A stretch of DNA of 63,493 bases, counting the filler. It is 3 parts of 3 records of this genome, joined end to end, with 100 filler letters (N's around TTAATTAATTAA, not from the genome) between each part and the next. Parts side by side here need not be neighbours in the genome. Positions count along the whole stretch, not along the records: positions 33,330 to 63,493 come from SRR31156797_4480; 2 more parts are not named here. One strand, given 5' to 3'. The position numbers and the translations under genes were made by a program. Positions 56,650 through 63,493 of the stretch are shown here, one piece after another (within the stretch, counting starts at the first letter, position 1; every line of letters starts with the position of its first letter). Below the pieces are notes generated by a model. That model searched no databases and was not told where the DNA came from. It worked only from the letters and a program-made list of their open reading frames with translations.

Positions 56650-56967
56650 TCATCCGGTTATTTGCAACAAATCAATTCCTCGTCTGTCGATGTGTTCTTT
56701 CAATGCAGGTTCGTTTATTCGGTCGTAAATCACAAGGTCGATGTGATAAGGAAGGTCCAGTTCATCGAAACCTCTGGAAAGCTTAAGAATATCCTTTAAA
56801 TTTAGATCAGCTCCTTTTAAGGCAATGTCAATATCTGAACCCGGCTGGTAATTTCCTTTGGCCCGTGATCCAAACACGAGTGCTTCCCGGATGTTTCCAG
56901 CACTCAAAATGACATTTGCTATCCTGTTGATATCATCAGTTTTTAATCCGGTATCAGGCTTGTTCAT
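56650..56967 (-). CDS. Minimal nucleotidyltransferase (MNT) antitoxin
   Basis: FGSRAKGNYQPGSDID (GS-x10-DxD) and IDLV. Start taken at ATG 56967. Confidence 0.9.
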   Translation of the reverse strand: MNKPDTGLKTDDINRIANVILSAGNIREALVFGSRAKGNYQPGSDIDIALKGADLNLKDILKLSRGFDELDLPYHIDLVIYDRINEPALKEHIDRRGIDLLQITG

Positions 56968-57394
56968 TAAACAGCTCTCCTTGTTTTCCGTATTTTTCCT
57001 CAATTAACTTTTTTTCCAGGGCATCAAAAAGATTAACGAAACTATCCCTGATCAGATCAATCACATCCTTTGCGGTATTTTCATCGTAAGTATGACTGGT
57101 AAGGTTCCTGCTTTTGTGCATGTCGACCCAGGCCTGCCCGTCGGTTATATAACCAGTTTTGAATGCTTCGCTAACAACCGGTTTTGGTCCGACAATGTTT
57201 GTTATACCCTTTTCCAGAAAAAGGTCCTGAGGTGTTTTCCACGATAGCTTGTATGTATATTCAAAGGCTTTAATCAACCCTTGTTGTTCCATTTCATTCA
57301 GTTCGGTTTTCTGGAGGAATCTATGTAACTGCGCATTTGCCTTTTTGAAATTTGTAAATCTTTGTTCCCAACGTATATCCTTTTGTGCTGTCAT
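56954..57394 (-). CDS. HEPN toxin (HI0074/NTase substrate-binding family)
   Basis: RWEQRF, FEYTY and RNLTSHTYD (R-x4-H-x-Y). Overlaps the MNT start. Confidence 0.9.
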   Translation of the reverse strand: MTAQKDIRWEQRFTNFKKANAQLHRFLQKTELNEMEQQGLIKAFEYTYKLSWKTPQDLFLEKGITNIVGPKPVVSEAFKTGYITDGQAWVDMHKSRNLTSHTYDENTAKDVIDLIRDSFVNLFDALEKKLIEEKYGKQGELFNEQA

Positions 57395-57456
57395 TGTCCT
57401 TTCTGTTTTGGCTTTCGAATTTACAACAATTTTGCAGTTAATAAAAAACACTTCAA

Positions 57457-57628
57457 CTAATACATTTCAGAATATCCATCACAAATCTCAAACAGTCTTC
57501 CCACTGCTGCCTGATCAGTGCCAAACCTGCAAGGATTTTCCCGCTGGTGTTCGAAGTATTTCCCGGTAACATTTTCCAGTTCGGGAGCCGTGGCAACCCA
57601 AATTGGTGTGTCGGCACCTCGGTCGGGG
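57457..57628 (-). pseudogene. Displaced duplicate of the SDR gene 3' end (left direct repeat, 57476-57628)
   Basis: Ungapped 153-nt match to 61342-61494 with 21 mismatches by manual count. Reads PDRGADTPIWVATAPELENVTGKYFEHQRENPCRFGTDQAAVGRLFEICDGYSEMY*. Confidence 0.92.
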
Positions 57629-58362
57629 AAAAGATCACCAAAGCGATTATGATAGAATTCGATTATATATGATCCGTTTTAAATCATTACGAGATGAAGA
57701 AAATAACGCATGAAGCTAAGGTGAATTTTTTTAGGACATGTTGCAACTTATGATTGCTTAAATTTCACAATGTAGAAGGGACTAATTTAATGGTAAAATA
57801 ATTCCCTCCAAACTATAATAAAGCATAAGTAATACTTATTTTTTTATTAAAGCTAATCTCCTCAAGAACTTTTAATATTGGTTAAAACAAGATTTTTCCT
57901 GCTTCATAGTTGTCAATCAGAGAAAAACACGGATTAACATTTTAAACAAACTTTGGAATCTATATTATTAATGTGCAGGGCCAAATGAATTTTAGTTTGG
58001 AAACTATTTCATTAAAATACTCAAATAACCATAGCCATGTCTTAATATATTTTGTGATAATTTAACGTTTTGTATTTCTGATTATTTTTTGTAACGGTAC
58101 GCTATTGTTGGGTTAAATTCATTTGGAGAAAAAATAACTTGACTTCCGATAATACTTTTATTATATTCGTTTCTTTTTTCATTCAGCTTTATGCCTTTAA
58201 ATGAGAACATATCATATTCATTTTACATTCGAGTTTATTGTTCATACAATATTAGTCTAAATAATTTTAGAGCCCCAAAAAAAATTACTAGTACAACATT
58301 ATTATTAAGATTTAATTTGCTTTTGATAAGCAAATTAGTTTAGCTCAATTAACCCAATCACT

Positions 58363-59034
58363 ATGAAAAAAAATTGCAAAAACAAAAGTAACATTCCTTT
58401 AACTGAACTTCAAGGATTATCATTTCGGATCAGACAAAACTTTAGAACAATCTTATTAATTTTATTTTTTTCTCTATCAGCAATTTTTACAATAACTTGT
58501 TCGAAAAATGAAAATCAAGAAACACCAAGTTTTTCAAATCATAAGCTAAAAAAGGGTGATGAGGGCAAGATTGTGCAAATAGGAAAAATAATAAACGGAC
58601 TTCCCGAAATCGATATGGGCATAAAAGATAAGCTTGTTGAAGGTATTTACAATGACCCATACACTTATCGAAGATTATTTCCAAGTAATACCAATTTCTC
58701 ATTTGATGAAAATTCCTTAACTTTTGAAACGAATGAACAATATTCAGGTATTTATTACCTAATTATTCGTGGTAACGCAAGTTATTCAAATGCAAATCAA
58801 AGTTTTATCATTGCCTATCAGCTAATTTTTGATCAAAATGGCACCCTTTACAACATTTCTGATGTGCAACATGTTTGCGAGGGAGTCAATTGCCCTGAAT
58901 GTACGTTTAAGTATCAAAATAACAATATCATTGGATGTTTAACATGTACATCAAATAGTGTTGGATTATGTGACCATAGCACATTTGTGATTGATGGAAA
59001 CGGGTATATAACCATACCTATTGAAATCAAATAG
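58363..59034 (+). CDS. Hypothetical probable lipoprotein with Cys-rich C-terminus
   Basis: Hydrophobic stretch followed by TC-SKNE. C-terminal HVCEGVNCPEC..GCLTC..LCDH. Confidence 0.65.
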   Translation: MKKNCKNKSNIPLTELQGLSFRIRQNFRTILLILFFSLSAIFTITCSKNENQETPSFSNHKLKKGDEGKIVQIGKIINGLPEIDMGIKDKLVEGIYNDPYTYRRLFPSNTNFSFDENSLTFETNEQYSGIYYLIIRGNASYSNANQSFIIAYQLIFDQNGTLYNISDVQHVCEGVNCPECTFKYQNNNIIGCLTCTSNSVGLCDHSTFVIDGNGYITIPIEIK

Positions 59035-59073
59035 TAAATTATCGAACTCACACTTTTTCCTAAAATAAATATT

Positions 59074-61311
59074 ATGGATAGTGCTGTAAAGTCTGTGAGT
59101 TTTTGGTGTTTTGTCTTTCTTTTTTCATGTTTTGTAGTGTTGTACCATATATTAAGTATCTCCCAACTTGATATACTTATGGCAAGAACACCATTTACGT
59201 TTACCTATTATTCATTTCAATTGAACTTTACATTTAAGCTTTATTTTTTATTATTACCTTTCATTTTTATTTTTATCCACGGGATCTCAATGTATGTTCT
59301 TGGACAATTCATTGAAAAGATTAACGAGAAGCAAAGCTCAAACGACTTAATTTCTCCATTTAAATTCTTACAATTAAAGGATTTGAGAGATGAAAAAAAC
59401 TCTTTTACTGAGCGATTTTCAATCACGTTTTTGTACTTTATCTTTTATATAATTCCCCCAATACTTCTCATTTCATTACAAATATACTATTCGAAATATC
59501 AAAACTTCTTTCTAACCACTTGTCATTTCTTGCTTTTGGTATTTGATTTATTTGTTATTGTTACATATGGTAAAGGATTATTTCAATTTTTCAAGCGTAA
59601 TAGATCTATGGATCGAAAATTTACATCTAATGTTAATCTTAAAAACAAATCATTTAAAGAGAAGTTCACAATCATTTATCAATATATTAAGAAAGGAATC
59701 AGAGAATATTTTAGAAGTGTTTATTTCAGACATATTGGTCCTGAATATAAAAACAAATCAAATAAGAAAAAAGCAATTATACTTTTTAAGTATATCTATG
59801 AATTAGTTAAATTCTTCGTGGTGCAATTTATAAATCGTACTCTTGTCTTAATAACCAGGGTTAATATCATTTTTATTTATCCAATTATTTTGTTTTTTGT
59901 GAAGTTTGTCTATGAGCTACTTATTTTGAACATTGTTTTCGGAAGCAATGATAGAAACATCCACCCAAATAGAATCACAAAAAGTATTTCACGATTAAAA
60001 GGGTATTCTGTCTTATTATTGATCGCAGAAATTCATTTAACTTTTTTTGCAATTTTCTTTATCTACCCTGCGATTTTTTCTAGCTATATTGAAACTCCGT
60101 TATTTCCAAATATCAAACTCTCTAATTACGATGAAGCAATTAGCTCGACATCTGTCCTACAAGACAGAAACTTTAATTTTATCAAACTCTCCAAAGTAAG
60201 CTTCTCTTCATGTGTTTTCACAAAGTCAGATTTTTTCGGAGCAACAATCGAGAAATCAACATTTAATAATTGTGTTTTTGATTTATGTAAATTTAAATTT
60301 GTGACCTCAAGTGATTGCGATTTTGAAGGCTCATCTTTTGAAAACACAAAATTTATTTTTACAATAAGTAATTCTACAAATTACTGTAAAACTTATTTTA
60401 TAAAATCTGAAATATATTATTCATCATTTAATTTTTCAGATTTTTCACTTGCAAACTTTTTAGAGGCAGATGTTTATATGAGTAAGTTTGTAGAATCAAA
60501 TCTGACTGGCTCAAATACTTGTAAAACAAAAATCTATTTGAGTAACTTAAGTGAATCAACATTGATAGGTGTGGATTTAAGAAGAACATATATTATTAAT
60601 TCGAATCTTACTGATTGTAACCTAAATGGTGCAATTTTACGAAATACCGACACAGATGTTCTAGAAATAGCTTTTGGTGGATTATATAAACAAATGTCCA
60701 ATCAACCGGGTATCACATTAAATAACTACATTGGCTCTAATTTTGACAGAATAATTGGAATCATTTTTATTGACTCATTACTTGATCATAAAATTTCGCA
60801 TGAATTCACAGTTAATAGTATTAATTCCAATGGTGTAAATGAAAGATTGATAATGCAAGAAATTGACTATGATTTCCATAAATATATTAATAATACATTT
60901 CTTATCGAATCTGCTATGAGAAAAATCAATTCTTTTTCCTGCAGATATATTAATGCGTCAGTTTTCGCAACTCCAAAAATTCTTCAATACATAAAAGTTA
61001 ACACCCCATGGATCATAAACTTCCAAAATTTTAAAAATGAACAAGTAAAAGGGTTGGTTAAAATAAATGGAAAATTCTTTGAACAACATAGAAATCCGAA
61101 TTACAAATGTATTAGCGAAAAACCTATACAATCCTTTAAGGACGATCGATTAAATAGCTTTTTAAAGTTAAGGCAACAAGTATTTTTTGATAGACCTTTT
61201 GAATTTATAACTAAACCTGAATATTGTATTTCTTCGAATGACCCATTTTACAAAGACTTAAAAGTAGCATCTAGACGAAAAATTGAAGGGCACAGATACT
61301 TAGATAATTAG
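59074..61311 (+). CDS. Multi-TM pentapeptide-repeat protein
   Basis: N-terminal hydrophobic helices, then runs of S(D/N)F / (A/S)(N/D)L pentapeptides (SDFFG ATIEK STFNN ... SNLTD CNLNG AILRN). Confidence 0.8.
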   Translation: MDSAVKSVSFWCFVFLFSCFVVLYHILSISQLDILMARTPFTFTYYSFQLNFTFKLYFLLLPFIFIFIHGISMYVLGQFIEKINEKQSSNDLISPFKFLQLKDLRDEKNSFTERFSITFLYFIFYIIPPILLISLQIYYSKYQNFFLTTCHFLLLVFDLFVIVTYGKGLFQFFKRNRSMDRKFTSNVNLKNKSFKEKFTIIYQYIKKGIREYFRSVYFRHIGPEYKNKSNKKKAIILFKYIYELVKFFVVQFINRTLVLITRVNIIFIYPIILFFVKFVYELLILNIVFGSNDRNIHPNRITKSISRLKGYSVLLLIAEIHLTFFAIFFIYPAIFSSYIETPLFPNIKLSNYDEAISSTSVLQDRNFNFIKLSKVSFSSCVFTKSDFFGATIEKSTFNNCVFDLCKFKFVTSSDCDFEGSSFENTKFIFTISNSTNYCKTYFIKSEIYYSSFNFSDFSLANFLEADVYMSKFVESNLTGSNTCKTKIYLSNLSESTLIGVDLRRTYIINSNLTDCNLNGAILRNTDTDVLEIAFGGLYKQMSNQPGITLNNYIGSNFDRIIGIIFIDSLLDHKISHEFTVNSINSNGVNERLIMQEIDYDFHKYINNTFLIESAMRKINSFSCRYINASVFATPKILQYIKVNTPWIINFQNFKNEQVKGLVKINGKFFEQHRNPNYKCISEKPIQSFKDDRLNSFLKLRQQVFFDRPFEFITKPEYCISSNDPFYKDLKVASRRKIEGHRYLDN

Positions 61312-62114
61312 TGATTTTTATACTTTGAATCACTTTTCCACCCATCACAAATCTCAAACAGCCTTTCCACCGCTTCCCGATCCGCCCCAAACCTGCAAGA
61401 AGTTTCCCTACGGTGCTCGAAGTATTTCCCGGTTACATTTTCCAGTTCGGGAGCCGTGGCAGCCCAAACGGGTGTGTCGGCGCCCTGGTCGGGGGATTCG
61501 TGACCGCCATAACCGAGGTTGTTGCTGAGTTGGGAATTCACATCTCCGGGATGGGCAGCATTTACTATAATACCATCAGCTTTTAGCCTTTCGGCAAAAG
61601 CAACAGTAAGCATGCGGTTGGCTTGCTTGGTGGTGCGGTACACATGATCGTTATTGTAATGGCCGCGCTTGTTTTCGGGGTCGTCAAGGTTTAGGCCGCC
61701 GGCCCAGTAGCTGGCCACATTCACGATGCGGGAAGGAGTGCCGAGTTTAAGATATGGCACAAAATATCTGATCATCCTGAAGTAACCCAGCACATTGGTC
61801 GCAAACTGCATTTCCGTACCATCGCTGTTGGTTTCACGGTTCCGGGGTGTTACTGCGGCATTATTGATTAACACATCCACCGGGTCTTCCCACTTTTCGG
61901 CTGCCTCGCGAATGGATTCCTCCTCTGCTAGATCGATCAGTAAAAACTCCACATCGGGATTTCCTGTTGCTTCCTGGATTTGCTCTATCGTTGATTTTGC
62001 TTTTTGCGGATTGCGGGCCACAGTTACTACATGATAGTTTTTTTCAGCCATTTGCATTGCAATGGCTGTTCCGATGGCGCCAGTTGCTCCTGTTATGATT
62101 GCAGTTTTTTTCAT
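61308..62114 (-). CDS. Short-chain dehydrogenase/reductase (retinol-dehydrogenase-like)
   Basis: Motifs TGATGAIG, LINNAA, VNVAS, YxxxK (YRTTK) and HPG. Confidence 0.93.
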   Translation of the reverse strand: MKKTAIITGATGAIGTAIAMQMAEKNYHVVTVARNPQKAKSTIEQIQEATGNPDVEFLLIDLAEEESIREAAEKWEDPVDVLINNAAVTPRNRETNSDGTEMQFATNVLGYFRMIRYFVPYLKLGTPSRIVNVASYWAGGLNLDDPENKRGHYNNDHVYRTTKQANRMLTVAFAERLKADGIIVNAAHPGDVNSQLSNNLGYGGHESPDQGADTPVWAATAPELENVTGKYFEHRRETSCRFGADREAVERLFEICDGWKSDSKYKNH

Positions 62115-62226
62115 CCTAAATCAAATTTTAATCGCACCCATTTAGCAAATCAGGCTGAAATTTTAAAATGGATTTTAAAAATCCGGCCTAAATTTTAAAG
62201 CGTAGGTGGATTGCATATTTCTATTA

Positions 62227-63493
62227 TCATGAAATCCTGAACACCCAGGCATGCTTACAAGGAAGATTATTCAAAGCTTTTTGAGGCACAGAAATTATCA
62301 GGCCTGAACCTTTCCTTTCCCATTTTATCTTTTCCTCAACACCAATCAATTTGATGTTTTTTATTTCCATCCCTGGCATATCCAAAATTTCAATTTTTTC
62401 TGGTAACATTTCTTCATTCTCCCCGGCAAGGTAGATGGCATACACATCTCCGGAATTCCCTTGTGTAAAACAAACATTCCCGGATTTGTAAGGTTCGATG
62501 GCGCGGGTATTGTATATGGCTTCCCCGTTTGCAGCCAGCCAGTCACCCACTTCTTCCAGCAAACCATAAGCTTCATCATGCCACTGCCCTTCCGGGCCGG
62601 GGGCAATGTTGAGCAACAAGTTGCCGCCTTTGGCCACGATGTCCACCAGCATGTGTACCAGTTCTTTGTCACTCATGTATTTGGCATCCGGTACCCAGGA
62701 CCAGCCACCTCCGGCGATAATACATGATTCCCAGGGATAAGGCAGTTCGACTTCCGGTACCCGGTTTTCTGGTGTGAGGTAATTTTGGTTTTTACCATGC
62801 ACAGCCCGATCTACAACAATCAGCCCGGGTTGCTTTTTACGGGCCTTTTCAACAAGCTCATCCATCCTGATATCCTGGTTTACAACATCGGTTTTTACAA
62901 ATCCGGAACCTAAATTCCCCAGCCGTTCTTTATAAATCTCTTGTAATCGTTCGTCGGAAATCTTTTGCACCCAGCCGCCATCCAGCCACAGAATATCCAG
63001 AGATCCATAATCGGTGCAAAGTTCCAGGATTTGATTGTGGGTGAACTGCACATAATTTTCCCACTTGTCCGGATAGGCCGCAGGATCGTAATTTACATTC
63101 CTGTCCATGGGTGGAAAGTATGGGTCCCAGTAATCATCGCAGTGCCAGTCGGGTTTGGAGAAATAGGCGCCAGTCCATAAGCCTGCATTCCTGAAAGCAT
63201 TAAAAACCTCTTTGGTGATATTGGATTTAGGGTTGCTGCTGAATGGGCAGCCCGGATCGGTTATTTTGTAATCCGTATATTCCGAATCGAACATACAAAA
63301 TCCATCGTGGTGTTTGGTGGTGAAAACCACGTATTTCATGCCGGCATCTTTTGCTGCTATAGCCCAGCGATTAGGATCAAACTGCACCGGATTGAATGTA
63401 GATTTGAGGTTTTCGTAATCCTCCACATACTCAAAATAATTTTCGTTCCTGCCGTTTTTTCGCTCGCACCAGCCGTAATCTTCCGGGCAGATC
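62227..63493 (-). CDS. Alpha-L-fucosidase (GH29), 5' end outside window
   Basis: Motifs AKDAGMKY..TTKHHDGF, LWLDGG, PWE, GGNLLLN and NGEAIY.TR. Confidence 0.93.
   Translation of the reverse strand, partial: ICPEDYGWCERKNGRNENYFEYVEDYENLKSTFNPVQFDPNRWAIAAKDAGMKYVVFTTKHHDGFCMFDSEYTDYKITDPGCPFSSNPKSNITKEVFNAFRNAGLWTGAYFSKPDWHCDDYWDPYFPPMDRNVNYDPAAYPDKWENYVQFTHNQILELCTDYGSLDILWLDGGWVQKISDERLQEIYKERLGNLGSGFVKTDVVNQDIRMDELVEKARKKQPGLIVVDRAVHGKNQNYLTPENRVPEVELPYPWESCIIAGGGWSWVPDAKYMSDKELVHMLVDIVAKGGNLLLNIAPGPEGQWHDEAYGLLEEVGDWLAANGEAIYNTRAIEPYKSGNVCFTQGNSGDVYAIYLAGENEEMLPEKIEILDMPGMEIKNIKLIGVEEKIKWERKGSGLIISVPQKALNNLPCKHAWVFRIS

Larger units (their letters stand above)
57629..61341. mobile_element. 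AT-rich inserted islet between the direct repeats (no integrase or transposase visible)
   Basis: Visibly much lower GC than the flanks, bounded by the duplicated SDR tail, and carrying two orphan-like genes. Confidence 0.7.

Noticed and set aside
57476-57628. The SDR-tail repeat pair as a DGR template/variable region
   Set aside because: Mismatches involve all four bases rather than only adenines, many are synonymous, and there is no reverse transcriptase.

Overview
The window is three unrelated contigs joined by 100-nt N spacers containing TTAATTAATTAA (15722-15821 and 33230-33329), so nothing can be linked across those joins. Taxonomic labels are inferred from gene content and composition. 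Segment 1 (1-15721, probably Desulfobulbales-type Deltaproteobacteria) has the 3' part of aroC, a REC-adenylate cyclase, azlCD and a DUF2868/GTPase-DUF3482 pair. An accessory region follows, ending at a tRNA-Ala 3' end. It contains a c-di-GMP-I (GEMM) riboswitch with an overlapping terminator in front of a Tle1/DUF2235 lipase plus N-acetylmuramidase operon, several decayed signalling genes, and a diguanylate cyclase frameshifted at a T7 run. Segment 2 (15822-33229, AT-rich, probably Campylobacterota) is an unusual chemosensory operon: two CheY, STAS, CheA, a stand-alone PAS-CZB sensor, a sensorless poly-HAMP chemoreceptor with a C-terminal pentapeptide, CheW, CheV, CheR, a ParA-like ATPase, an unknown protein, CheB and a REC-PAS-PP2C phosphatase. 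It is flanked by siaC with a siaA-like remnant, an H-NOX/hybrid kinase pair and ectoine-degradation genes. Segment 3 (33330-63493, Bacteroidales-like) has T9SS cargo proteins (one with 99-aa tandem repeats), housekeeping genes and a HEPN/MNT pair. It also has an AT-rich, integrase-free islet bracketed by a 153-bp imperfect direct repeat of the 3' end of an SDR gene. Best candidates for an undescribed system: (1) the riboswitch-controlled lipase plus muramidase module, (2) the chemosensory operon ending in a PP2C phosphatase next to STAS and SiaC, (3) the gene-tail-replacement islet.
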